A DNA stretch of 64,000 bases, taken from the NCBI GenBank assembly GCA_040757625.1, contig JBFLWU010000010.1:56898-120897 (forward strand), given 5' to 3'. The translations under genes and the position numbers were made by a program. The notes under the pieces were generated by a model. It did not search any database. It had not been told where the DNA came from and saw only the letters and a program-made list of their open reading frames with translations. Below are positions 16,071 to 25,364 of this stretch, piece by piece. Each line of letters begins with the position of its first letter. Within the stretch, counting starts at the first letter, position 1. The stretch is from Thermodesulfobacteriota bacterium. GTDB lineage: Bacteria > Desulfobacterota > Desulfobacteria > Desulfobacterales > JARGFK01.

Positions 16071-19063
16071 ATCAGCTCTCCAAAGGGTTCTTTCCAGGCT
16101 GTTTTCAGTTTTTTCAGCATAACAGAAGCCAGGAGATTTCCCGCGATCCCCCGGATCACCACTTCAGGAGATTCCGTTACCGTTCCTACAAAGGCGCAGT
16201 CAAGACCCTTGAACAGATTTTCAAAACGCTCCCGGGCGGCCGGATCGATGGTGACGATAAAACGGCCGGCCGATTCTGAAAATAAAATTTCATCATTGCG
16301 GTCAACGCCTATCCTCGGGATCCGCGCGAGGCCGACATCCAGTCCCAGGTTTCCGCCCATGGCCACCAGCGCCAGATGAATCCCCAGCCCGCCCCGATAG
16401 ACCCCGTGGGCCGACGCTACCAGTTCACTGGCAATCGCCTGGGACAAGGCCCGATACAGACGGCCGAATTCTTCCGGCCGGACCTGGGGCACATGTAATC
16501 CCGTGTAGCCGAAATGCTCATAATATTCCGAAGCGCCGAGTTCGTTGCGGGTTGTCCCCAGGATGTAAACCAGGTCGTCCGGTGCCTTGCAATCCATGGT
16601 CACGCACTTTGAGATATCCGCGATAACCCCGATGGTTGAAAACTGCAGCGTTTCCAGGGCAGAAACCTTATGGGTCTCGCCGTAAGCCCCGGCGAGGTGA
16701 CCGTCTACGTACATGCTGTCCTTGCCCGAAAGAAGCGGGATGCCATAGGCCAGGCACATGTCCCGCAGCGCCCGGCAGGACCGCACCAACTGGGCGGCCT
16801 TAAACTTGCCGTCAGGGTTGCCCTGGGAGTCATACTGGATATTGGGCCAGCAGAAGTTGTCCACCCCGCCGATATGCTCGGGATCGGCACCCACCGCGAT
16901 CAGCCGGCGCACGGCCTCATCAATGCTGCAGCTGGTCATGTGGTAGGCATCGATTTTGGAATAAGCCGGTAGAAGCGCTTGGGAAAAAGCCAATCCCTTC
17001 ATGGAGTCCAAGACCGGCCGGATCACGGCGGCGTCGCTGTTGACGTCGCGATCCGCCCCCACCAGGGGTTTGATCACGCTGGCGCCCTGGACCTCGTGGT
17101 CGTACTGCCGGCAAATCCATTCCTTCGAACAGATATTGGGTCTGCGGATCAGATCCAGCAGGAGTCTTTCATAATTCCGGGGTTCATTCAACACCGGTTC
17201 ATACAGGCCCCGGCGTTCCGGCGGCAGCCATTCGGCCTCAAATTCCCACTGGGGGAATCCGGCCGTCAGCAGGTCCAGGTCGATATAAGCGCAGGTCTTG
17301 CCGTTGTAGCGGATAAAGAGCCTACCCGTGTCGGTATACCGGCCGATGACGGTGCTCTCCACCGCGTGCTTGCGGGAAAGCGCCATAAAGCGCTCCCGGT
17401 TTTGCGGATCGATCACCACGGTCATACGCTCCTGGGATTCTGAAATCCAGATTTCCCACTGGTCGAGCCCCTCGTATTTGAGCGGCACTTTCTCAAGGTC
17501 GATTTCACAGCCGTTGGAAAAGCGGGCCGACTCGCCGATGGAGGAGGAGAGCCCGCCGCCGCCGTTGTCGGTGATGAACCGGATCAGCCCTTCGTCCCTG
17601 GCTTCCAACAGAAAATCATGCATCTTCTTCTGGGTATAGGGGTCGCCGATCTGAACATGGCCGGCGGGGGTGTGTTCGGAAAACACCTCCGAGGAGGCGG
17701 TCACCCCATGAATGCCGTCCTTGCCGACACGTCCGCCGCACATGATCGCGAGATCCCCGGGCAGAATCGTTTTCTGATCGGCCGGTTCGCCCTTGATCAT
17801 GGCCGGCATGATCCCGACGGCCGTGACATACACCAGACATTTACCCATATACCCTTCATGAAACAGCACCTGGCCGAAAGTCGTGGGGATGCCGCTTTTG
17901 TTGCCGCCGTCACGCACCCCCTCGATCACCCCGTCCAGCAACCGGCGGGGATGCAGGTGCGGTTTCAGATCGCCGTCGTAGTTTCTTGGCCCCACGCAGA
18001 AGCCGTAACTGCCCATCACCAGTTTCGATCCCTTACCCGTGCCCATTGGATCCCGATAGATGCCTACAATCCCGGTAATGGCGCCGCCGTAGGCCTCCAT
18101 ATTGGAGGGGGAATTATGGGTTTCGCCGGTGATGACGTAATAATGGTTTTCATCAAAGCGTCCGGCGCCGGCATTGTCCCACAATACCGACACCACCCAG
18201 GGCTTTTGCTCCTTTAACGCCAGGGTCGGCGCCTCGATGCAGGTTTTGAAGAGGTTGTTCACCTGTTCCGTCGGTCCGTCGGGATTCTCGCGATAATGGA
18301 ACAATCCCCGAAAGGTGTTATGATTGCAATGGTCGCTGCGCGCCTGCGAAATATATTCAAGTTCCACATCGGTGGGATCAGCCAGGCCGACTTGAGCCCT
18401 GGCGGCTTGAACTTCGCTATTCAGAAAGTACGCCCGGATGGTGGGGATGTCTTTGGGATTGAGCGCCAGGTTGCGTTCATCACTGATCCGTTTAAGGGTC
18501 GCATCGCTGTCGATGGGGATTGTCGTCACCGTAGGCGTGTGATTAAGGACGACTCTGGGAAGGATGAACCCGATCCCTTTGGCCGGATCCCACTCGGTTT
18601 TGCTGAATATTTTCCATTGCTGAATCGTATCGTTGGCCAACAGCTGAGCGGCGATCCGTTTCACCGGTTCGTCGGAAAGCCCCTGACCGCACAGACAGTA
18701 GCGCAGGGATGTGTAAATGGCGCTGTCCGGATCCAGTTTGGCGCCCAGCAGATCCTCCACCGCCTCGACCGCCGTACTACCGGGATTGTCGCGAACCCCG
18801 GGCCGATATCCGACCCAGATAATCCAGTCAAAGTCACAGGGAAGCGGATCCAGGGATGAAACCTGGGTCACCGGGTTTGTAAAAATGTCACGTCGGATTT
18901 GTTCGATCTGATCCGGTGACAGGTTTGCATCGATGGTCACCACGTGGATGGTGCGGACACTGTCCAGGTCGATTCCGAAATAGTTCTTCGCTTTCTGGCG
19001 AACCCCTTCGCCTTCGGCATCGAACAATTCCGGTTTCATCATGATTTCAATTCGATACGGCAT
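16067..19063 (-). CDS. purL: Phosphoribosylformylglycinamidine synthase subunit PurL with two N-terminal PurS-like domains (PurS-PurS-PurL fusion)
   Basis: 998 aa. The N-terminal ~170 aa carry two PurS-like units (MPYRIEIMMKPELFDAEGEGV...; IWVGYRPGVRDNPGSTAVEAV...). AIR-synthase-like PurL core follows (GETHNSPS, DNGGGGLSS). Confidence 0.85.
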   Translation of the reverse strand: MPYRIEIMMKPELFDAEGEGVRQKAKNYFGIDLDSVRTIHVVTIDANLSPDQIEQIRRDIFTNPVTQVSSLDPLPCDFDWIIWVGYRPGVRDNPGSTAVEAVEDLLGAKLDPDSAIYTSLRYCLCGQGLSDEPVKRIAAQLLANDTIQQWKIFSKTEWDPAKGIGFILPRVVLNHTPTVTTIPIDSDATLKRISDERNLALNPKDIPTIRAYFLNSEVQAARAQVGLADPTDVELEYISQARSDHCNHNTFRGLFHYRENPDGPTEQVNNLFKTCIEAPTLALKEQKPWVVSVLWDNAGAGRFDENHYYVITGETHNSPSNMEAYGGAITGIVGIYRDPMGTGKGSKLVMGSYGFCVGPRNYDGDLKPHLHPRRLLDGVIEGVRDGGNKSGIPTTFGQVLFHEGYMGKCLVYVTAVGIMPAMIKGEPADQKTILPGDLAIMCGGRVGKDGIHGVTASSEVFSEHTPAGHVQIGDPYTQKKMHDFLLEARDEGLIRFITDNGGGGLSSSIGESARFSNGCEIDLEKVPLKYEGLDQWEIWISESQERMTVVIDPQNRERFMALSRKHAVESTVIGRYTDTGRLFIRYNGKTCAYIDLDLLTAGFPQWEFEAEWLPPERRGLYEPVLNEPRNYERLLLDLIRRPNICSKEWICRQYDHEVQGASVIKPLVGADRDVNSDAAVIRPVLDSMKGLAFSQALLPAYSKIDAYHMTSCSIDEAVRRLIAVGADPEHIGGVDNFCWPNIQYDSQGNPDGKFKAAQLVRSCRALRDMCLAYGIPLLSGKDSMYVDGHLAGAYGETHKVSALETLQFSTIGVIADISKCVTMDCKAPDDLVYILGTTRNELGASEYYEHFGYTGLHVPQVRPEEFGRLYRALSQAIASELVASAHGVYRGGLGIHLALVAMGGNLGLDVGLARIPRIGVDRNDEILFSESAGRFIVTIDPAARERFENLFKGLDCAFVGTVTESPEVVIRGIAGNLLASVMLKKLKTAWKEPFGELI

Positions 19064-19075
19064 AACAATTCGGCT

Positions 19076-20143
19076 TCAGCTAAAAAAGATTCGGGTTATA
19101 TCGTTGTAAAACACATACACCATCAGCAGAATTAAAACGAAAATCCCCACCTGTTGAGCGATCTCGCGCATCCGCGTGTTGACGGGACGGCCGATGACAG
19201 CCTCGATAAAGAAGAAAAGCAGATGGCCGCCGTCCAAGACCGGTATCGGCAAAAAATTCAGAACCGCCAGATTGATGCTCAACAGCGCGATAAAAAATAC
19301 CAGGTTGGCGGCTCCCTGCTTGGCCTGCTGCCCCGCCATTTCCGCAATCATCAGCGGCCCCCCCAAGGTTTTGGAGGAAATCGATCCGATAATCAGCTTG
19401 AAAATGCTGACAATGGTCAGCCGGGTGACGTGATAGGTCTGAGCGACGCTTTCGACAAACGCCTCCAGCGGATTCAATCTCTGGGAATAACCGTCGCCGG
19501 AAGCCGTAATGCCGATTACATAACGCTGGATATCCTCTCCAAAGATGTTTTGGGTTGTTTTAAGCTGCGGCTGAACATTAAAGGCAAGTTCCGAATCCCC
19601 CCTGCGAACGGAGACAGCCAGGATTTTGCCGCCGCTGGTGGAAATCAGCTCCGACATTTCATCCCAGCTCTTTACGGCGACATTGTCGATCGCCACGATA
19701 AGGTCGTTGGCCTTAAAACCGGCCCGCGCAGCCGGGGTGTCTTTCTGAACCTTTCCTATAGCCGGTTTGAGAATGTAAGTACCTGAAATCAGAAAAATCA
19801 TGAAAAAGACGACGGCGGCCAGCAGGAGGTTGAAAATCGGTCCGGCCGCAACGATCAGGATGCGCTTAAAAACATGCTGGTGCGTAAAGGATATGGGGAT
19901 ATCGGCCGGATCGACCTCGCTGTCGGGCTCCTCTCCCACCATCTTGACGTAACCGCCCAAAGGTATGGCCGAAATCCGATAATCGGTAATGCCGATTTTT
20001 TTTCCAAAAATACGCGGGCCGAATCCCAGCGAAAACTTTTCAACACCCACGCCGAACATGCGCGCAACCAGAAAATGGCCCAGCTCGTGAATCGAGATCA
20101 GAACCCCCAGAACAATGATAAAAGCAAAAATACTCGTGCTCAT
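19076..20143 (-). CDS. rseP: RIP metalloprotease RseP (site-2 protease)
   Basis: HELGHFLVA zinc motif in TM1, a central PDZ-like region, and the C-terminal LNFLPIPVLDGGH motif. Confidence 0.9.
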   Translation of the reverse strand: MSTSIFAFIIVLGVLISIHELGHFLVARMFGVGVEKFSLGFGPRIFGKKIGITDYRISAIPLGGYVKMVGEEPDSEVDPADIPISFTHQHVFKRILIVAAGPIFNLLLAAVVFFMIFLISGTYILKPAIGKVQKDTPAARAGFKANDLIVAIDNVAVKSWDEMSELISTSGGKILAVSVRRGDSELAFNVQPQLKTTQNIFGEDIQRYVIGITASGDGYSQRLNPLEAFVESVAQTYHVTRLTIVSIFKLIIGSISSKTLGGPLMIAEMAGQQAKQGAANLVFFIALLSINLAVLNFLPIPVLDGGHLLFFFIEAVIGRPVNTRMREIAQQVGIFVLILLMVYVFYNDITRIFFS

Positions 20144-20228
20144 GAAACCTTCTTAAAATAATAGGTGGTTAGACTGAAGGGATTTAGGCTGAAGACTGGA
20201 AGCTGTATGTTTTTGTAATAAACCAATT

Positions 20229-20333
20229 AACCTTCAGCCTATCAACCTTCAGCCTATTAACCTTCAGCCTATTAACCTTCAGCCTATCAACCTTCAGCCT
20301 ATCAACCTTCAGCCTATCAACCTTCAGCCTGTT
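20229..20333. repeat. Tandem repeat, 7 copies of the 15-bp unit AACCTTCAGCCTAT(C/T)
   Basis: Units start at 20229, 20244, 20259, 20274, 20289, 20304 and 20319; the last is degenerate (..CCTGTT). It lies in the 241-bp gap between the dxr stop and the rseP start. Inverted partial copies AGACTGAAGG / TAGGCTGAAGA lie at 20171-20195. Confidence 0.95.
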
Positions 20334-20384
20334 TTGTCATTAGAATACCAGACAATGCCGTTAATCGCAATATAAAGCAGCGCT

Positions 20385-21548
20385 TCATTTTCTCAACCGC
20401 CGGATCGAGGTTTCCGCCTGCCGGCGCGCCCACTGGTCCGCCCCGATGACGTCGTCAAGTGTGGGGGTTGACACCACCGCGTGCCGGGACATGGCCCGCT
20501 CAATCACGGACGCTATCTCAACAAACGAAATACGGCGATCTAAAAATGCGTAAACCGCCGACTCATTGGCCGCATTCAGGACGGCCGGCAGCGTCCCCCC
20601 CTGCCGCCCGGCGGCAAACGCCAGGTTCAAGCATGGAAATTTTTTTAAATTCAAACGCTTGAATTTCAGCATGCCGATAGCGGCAAAATCTGGAACGGGC
20701 TGATTCAGCGGCAGGCGCTCCGGATGGGATAGGGCATAGGCAATGGCCCCCTTCATGTCCGGGATCCCGATCTGGGCGATGACCGAACCGTCCTTGAATG
20801 AAACCATGGAATGGATCAGGCTCTGGGGGTGAATCACAACCGTGATCATGCCGGCCGGAACCCCGAACAGGTGCTGGGCCTCGATGACCTCCAGACCCTT
20901 GTTCATCAGGGTGGCCGAGTCGATAGTGATCTTTGGCCCCATCTGCCAGGTGGGGTGTTTCAGCGCCTGATCTGGGGTGATGCCTGCAAATTCACTCAAG
21001 GCCCTGGTGAGAAACGGGCCGCCGGAAGCGGTCAGGTGAATTCCGGCAAGGTCCTGAAGGCGCTGACCTGAGAGACATTGAAAAATGGCGCTGTGCTCAC
21101 TGTCTACCGGCAGAATCCGTACCCTTCTTTGGGCCGCTTTTTTCACGACGATTTCGCCGGCCATAACGAGGGTCTCCTTGTTGGCCAGCGCAATGGTTTT
21201 CCCGGCATCAATGGCCGCAAGGGCCGGCAACAACCCAGCCGCCCCCACCATGGCCGCCACCACCGTATCCGCCGGTGCATGGACGGCCGCCGCCCGGTAC
21301 CCCTCCGGACCATGGAGAATGTCCACGCCGGCCTTTGCCGGTATCCGCCGCTTCAGTTCCCGCGCCCGTTTGGCGTCGAAAACAACGGCCAGATCCGGTT
21401 TGAACCTGGCAACCTGCTCGGCCATGAGGGCGACATTGGTCTTGGCCGCCAGGGCCCTGACCCTGAAACGGCCGGGAAACATGTCGACGATCTGCAGGGT
21501 GTTACGGCCGATGGAACCGGTTGAACCCAAAATACTGAGATGCTTCAT
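20385..21548 (-). CDS. dxr: 1-deoxy-D-xylulose 5-phosphate reductoisomerase
   Basis: N-terminal NADPH motif ILGSTGSIGRNTL. Conserved segments LANKE, DSEHSA and NAANE. Confidence 0.95.
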   Translation of the reverse strand: MKHLSILGSTGSIGRNTLQIVDMFPGRFRVRALAAKTNVALMAEQVARFKPDLAVVFDAKRARELKRRIPAKAGVDILHGPEGYRAAAVHAPADTVVAAMVGAAGLLPALAAIDAGKTIALANKETLVMAGEIVVKKAAQRRVRILPVDSEHSAIFQCLSGQRLQDLAGIHLTASGGPFLTRALSEFAGITPDQALKHPTWQMGPKITIDSATLMNKGLEVIEAQHLFGVPAGMITVVIHPQSLIHSMVSFKDGSVIAQIGIPDMKGAIAYALSHPERLPLNQPVPDFAAIGMLKFKRLNLKKFPCLNLAFAAGRQGGTLPAVLNAANESAVYAFLDRRISFVEIASVIERAMSRHAVVSTPTLDDVIGADQWARRQAETSIRRLRK

Positions 21549-22372
21549 ACTTTCAGCAGAAATTCCTTAAAAATATAAGCCAGCGGGGCGGCAAACAGCA
21601 GGGCATCGATCCGGTCCAGAATCCCGCCGTGTCCCGGCAAGATAACGCCGGAATCCTTTACCTTGCCGGCGCGCTTCAATTCAGATTCGAACAGGTCGCC
21701 AGCCTGGGCCATCAGGCCCAGGCATGCAAAGCACAGCAGGCTGAGAAGCCATGGCAGCTGGGGCAGAAAAAAAGACTTGAACAGCGATCCGATCAACAGG
21801 TTGCCCGCTAGACCGCCGAATGCGCCCTCGATGGTTTTGCCGGGGCTGATGGCCGGGCACAGCTTATGGCGTCCCAGATACGTCCCGACATAATATGCGG
21901 CCACGTCCCCGGCAAAGACGACCCCCAGGAGCATAAAAATCCAAGGAATTCCTTCCACGCCGTTGCGGATCAGCACCAGGCTGGAGAGGAGTACCGGTAC
22001 ATACACACTGCCGAAAAACTGCCTGATGATGTGGCCGCTGACGGCGGCATCGGACGAAAAACGTTTTAGCGAGCCCGCCGCCGCCGCAAAGAAATCAAGA
22101 ACGACAAAACCCAGCATGATCCCAAAAGACCCCTTGAACGCTCCCCAGATGATGCCGCATCCGGTGGCATAGCCCAGAACGGGCAGCCACGCGCCGCCCC
22201 TGCCGCTGGCGGGCACCCCTGCAATGCGGTAATATTCCCACAACGCCGCGACAGTCACCAGGCCTATCAGGAGGGCAAAGAGAAGGGTCCCCCCTTTGAC
22301 AATGAGCAGGATCAACAGCGGCAGTGCAATGATGCTGGTGAGCCAGCGTTTCAGATGTGCGGTCTTTGCCAT
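21545..22372 (-). CDS. cdsA: Phosphatidate cytidylyltransferase
   Basis: 275-aa polytopic membrane protein with the CTP-transferase signature SELKRAGKVKDSGVILPGHGGILDRID. 4-nt overlap with dxr. Confidence 0.9.
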   Translation of the reverse strand: MAKTAHLKRWLTSIIALPLLILLIVKGGTLLFALLIGLVTVAALWEYYRIAGVPASGRGGAWLPVLGYATGCGIIWGAFKGSFGIMLGFVVLDFFAAAAGSLKRFSSDAAVSGHIIRQFFGSVYVPVLLSSLVLIRNGVEGIPWIFMLLGVVFAGDVAAYYVGTYLGRHKLCPAISPGKTIEGAFGGLAGNLLIGSLFKSFFLPQLPWLLSLLCFACLGLMAQAGDLFESELKRAGKVKDSGVILPGHGGILDRIDALLFAAPLAYIFKEFLLKV

Positions 22373-22717
22373 AATAATGCCCCGGGGCCCTTGCAGAACG
22401 CCCCCTTCTGCTCAATTTCGGCGTCAGGCCCAAAAGTTAATCCTCGAAATACCACCAGTATTTCTGCTGTCAAAATGCTTGCCTTCCTTGAAGCCGGACA
22501 AAATGGAGCATTTTTTAAAAGGTCGCGCCTTGGGAACGTATGCAATCAACCCGTTTTTATCCGATTTTATTGTCGGGCGGATCCGTCCGGCTGAATGCCG
22601 TCATGCCCGAACAAAGTTCAGCGGAGTAAAGTCGAAACGCCGAGAAACAGCTTTCGGTACGAAACAGATGCCAACGGCTATCGACCGGGCATGTGACCCT
22701 GTTTGCGCAATTCCGCG

Positions 22718-23524
22718 TCAGGACGCGCCGACTTTGCCGAAACGGCGTTCTCTTTTCTGGAAATCATTGAGGATGGCGACAAATTCTTCCCTGCCGAAGT
22801 CGGGCCAGAGGGTATCGGTCACGAATATTTCGGTATAGGCGATCTGCCACAGGAGAAAATTACTGATGCGAAACTCGCCGCTGGTTCGGATCAGCAGGTC
22901 CGGATCCGTCATTCCCCGGGTGTAAAGATGTGCCGAAACATCCTCGGCCGTAATCGCAGCCGGATCCAGTTCGGCTGTTTTGACCTTGGCTGCAATATCC
23001 TTTACCATGTTAACGATTTCAGCCCGCCCGCCGTAACTCAAGGCCAGATTCAGCAGCATGCCGTCATTGTGTCGGGTCTGCGCCATGACGTTGCGCAGGG
23101 TCTGCCGGACATTTTGCGGCAAGCGCTCAACCTCCCCGATGGCATTCAGCCGGATGTTATTGCGCAGCATTTCCTCCAGCTCGGATTCGAGGAAATTTTT
23201 CAGAAGGGTCATCAGGGCGGCAACTTCGGTTTTCGGCCGCTCCCAGTTTTCGGTTGAAAACGCATACAGCGTTAAAATGGGAATTCCGATTTCCCTGCAG
23301 GTTCGGACAATCGTCCGCACCGTTTCAGCCCCCTTTTCATGACCCTTGATGCGGTTGAGCAGGTGCTTTTTCGCCCAGCGGCCATTTCCGTCCATTATGA
23401 TGGCGACATGGCCGGGGAGTTGTCCTGCCGTCAGATCGTTATGACCGGAAGAAGGCGGACTAGAATTCAAGGATCTCTTTCTCTTTTTCCTGGTAGACAT
23501 CGTCGATACGCTTGATGTGCTCAT
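22718..23524 (-). CDS. uppS: Isoprenyl transferase (undecaprenyl diphosphate synthase)
   Basis: HVAIIMDGNGRWAKK and the C-terminal RTSGEFRISNFLLWQ motif. The start is uncertain. ATGs at 23524 and 23500 overlap frr by 65 and 41 nt; the in-frame TTG at 23468-23470 would overlap by only 11 nt. Confidence 0.9.
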   Translation of the reverse strand: MSTSSVSTMSTRKKRKRSLNSSPPSSGHNDLTAGQLPGHVAIIMDGNGRWAKKHLLNRIKGHEKGAETVRTIVRTCREIGIPILTLYAFSTENWERPKTEVAALMTLLKNFLESELEEMLRNNIRLNAIGEVERLPQNVRQTLRNVMAQTRHNDGMLLNLALSYGGRAEIVNMVKDIAAKVKTAELDPAAITAEDVSAHLYTRGMTDPDLLIRTSGEFRISNFLLWQIAYTEIFVTDTLWPDFGREEFVAILNDFQKRERRFGKVGAS

Positions 23525-24017
23525 CGGTTATTTTCTGAACCTGATCCTGAGCCTTAAACGCCTCGTCTTCCGAGATATCACCATCTTTTTTCAGACCTTT
23601 TAACATTTCGTTTGAATCCCGCCTGATATTGCGAACAGCCACCTTATACTCTTCGCTCATCTTGTTGGCGATCTTCACCAGTTCCTTGCGCCGCTCTTCC
23701 GTCAGCGGCGGAATAGCGATGCGGACGATCTTGCCGTCGCTGGACGGCGTCAGCCCCAGGTCGGACTTTAAAATCGCTTTTTCAATTTCCTTGATAACCG
23801 AAATGTCCCAAGGTTGAATCGTTATCAGGCGGCTTTCGGGAACAGCCAAGGACGCCATCTGGTTCAGCGGCGTCAACGTGCCGTAATAATCAACCCGAAT
23901 GCCGTCCAGCAGGGCCAGCGACGCCCGGCCAGTACGAATTTTCTTGAATTCGCTTTTAAGGGCGCTGACCGATTTGCCCATCCGTTCTCTGGTTTCCTCA
24001 TATATCGATTCGATCAT
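23460..24017 (-). CDS. frr: Ribosome recycling factor
   Basis: 185 aa. Typical RRF sequence (...FKKIRTGRASLALLDGIRVDYYG...). Confidence 0.95.
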   Translation of the reverse strand: MIESIYEETRERMGKSVSALKSEFKKIRTGRASLALLDGIRVDYYGTLTPLNQMASLAVPESRLITIQPWDISVIKEIEKAILKSDLGLTPSSDGKIVRIAIPPLTEERRKELVKIANKMSEEYKVAVRNIRRDSNEMLKGLKKDGDISEDEAFKAQDQVQKITDEHIKRIDDVYQEKEKEILEF

Positions 24018-24042
24018 GGCGGTTCACCTCAAGATTCAGATG

Positions 24043-24759
24043 TTAACTGTTGATACGGGTACCGACATCCTCGCCGCAAACAAACTTTCTGATGTTCCCT
24101 TTGGTTCTGAGATTGAAAACAACCAAAGGAAGCTGGTTGTCCATGGCCAGAGAAATCGCCGTCATGTCCATCACCTGCAGTCGCTTCTCAAGCACTTCAC
24201 GGTAAGTGATTTTATGGATGAAAGCAGCATTCTTATTTTTAACGGGATCCGAATCGTAGATCCCGTCGACCTTGGTGGCTTTCAGTAGAATCTCGGCATG
24301 GATTTCTTTTGCCCTCAAAACAGCAGCAGTATCCGTGGTAAAATAGGGGTTGCCGGTCCCCGCCGCAAAAAGGACCACCCGGCCTTTTTCAAGGTGCCGG
24401 ATCGCCCTTCTGAGGATGTAGGGTTCGGCGACCTCGTGCATTGAAATGGCTGTCTGCACGCGGGTGACGATACCCCTTTCCTCCAGCGCATCCTGAAGCG
24501 CCAGGCTGTTGATAACCGTCGCCAGCATTCCCATTTTGTCGGCCGATACCCGGTCCATGTTGTAGGAACTGGCGGCGATGCCGCGAAAGATGTTCCCACC
24601 ACCGACGACAATGGCGACTTCAACGCCGAGGTCATAGATGGAGCGGACTTCTTCAGCCACATACTTGAGCACGTCGGGACTGATGCCGAAGCCCTGATCA
24701 CCCATCAGGGCTTCACCGCTGAGCTTTAATAGTATTCTTTTGAATTGAGGATGTGCCAC
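24043..24759 (-). CDS. pyrH: UMP kinase
   Basis: [13 protein letters not shown]-terminus and the GGGNIFRG motif. Located between tsf and frr. Confidence 0.95.
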   Translation of the reverse strand: MAHPQFKRILLKLSGEALMGDQGFGISPDVLKYVAEEVRSIYDLGVEVAIVVGGGNIFRGIAASSYNMDRVSADKMGMLATVINSLALQDALEERGIVTRVQTAISMHEVAEPYILRRAIRHLEKGRVVLFAAGTGNPYFTTDTAAVLRAKEIHAEILLKATKVDGIYDSDPVKNKNAAFIHKITYREVLEKRLQVMDMTAISLAMDNQLPLVVFNLRTKGNIRKFVCGEDVGTRINS

Positions 24760-24762
24760 GGG

Positions 24763-25362
24763 TTAAGACTCCCCTACCTGGAATCGTACGAACCGTTTGA
24801 TGGTGATGTTTTCGCCGATTTTAGCAATCGACTCGTTTAAAAGATCGGTCACGGTAATATCGGGATTCCGGACATAAGCCTGACTGAGCAGACAGCTTTC
24901 CTTGAAAAACTTCTGCAGTTTTCCCTCTACGATCTTATCAATCATCTTTTCAGGTTTTCCCATCTGGAGTGCCTGGGCACGATAAATTTCCTTTTCCTTA
25001 TTGAGGATCTCCTCGGGCACATCTTCCTGGGAAACACTCACCGGATTGGTCGCCGCAATATGCATGGCGATATTCTTGGCCAATTCCTTGAAATCCTCCG
25101 TCTTGGCCACAAAGTCGGTTTCACAGTTAACCTCCACCAGAACGCCAAGCTTGCCGCCCAGGTGAATATAGGGCTGGATGGTGCCTTCCATCATCGCCCG
25201 GCCCGCCCGTTTTTGCGCGGTTGCCAATCCTTTTTTTCTTAAAAAATCAACAGCGTTATCGATATCGCCGGCGCAGGATGCAAGCGCTTCCTTGCAATCC
25301 ATAATGCCGGCGCCGGTTTTTTCACGGAGCTGTTTGACCATTGTTGCACTGATTTCAGCCAT
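24763..25362 (-). CDS. tsf: Elongation factor Ts (short form)
   Basis: N-terminal UBA-like ISATMVKQLREKTGAGIMDCKEAL. Immediately follows rpsB. Confidence 0.95.
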   Translation of the reverse strand: MAEISATMVKQLREKTGAGIMDCKEALASCAGDIDNAVDFLRKKGLATAQKRAGRAMMEGTIQPYIHLGGKLGVLVEVNCETDFVAKTEDFKELAKNIAMHIAATNPVSVSQEDVPEEILNKEKEIYRAQALQMGKPEKMIDKIVEGKLQKFFKESCLLSQAYVRNPDITVTDLLNESIAKIGENITIKRFVRFQVGES

Positions 25363-25364
25363 GT

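Noticed and set aside
20229-20333. Tandem 15-bp repeats considered as a CRISPR array.
   Set aside because: The units are directly abutting with no spacers, are far shorter than CRISPR repeats, and no cas genes are present in the window.
22373-22717. SRP (4.5S) RNA-like string GUCCGGCUUCAAGGAAGGCAAGC on the minus strand.
   Set aside because: Only superficial resemblance to the GGUCCGGAAGGAAGCAGCC domain IV core. The GNRA tetraloop and the symmetric/asymmetric loop helices cannot be formed.
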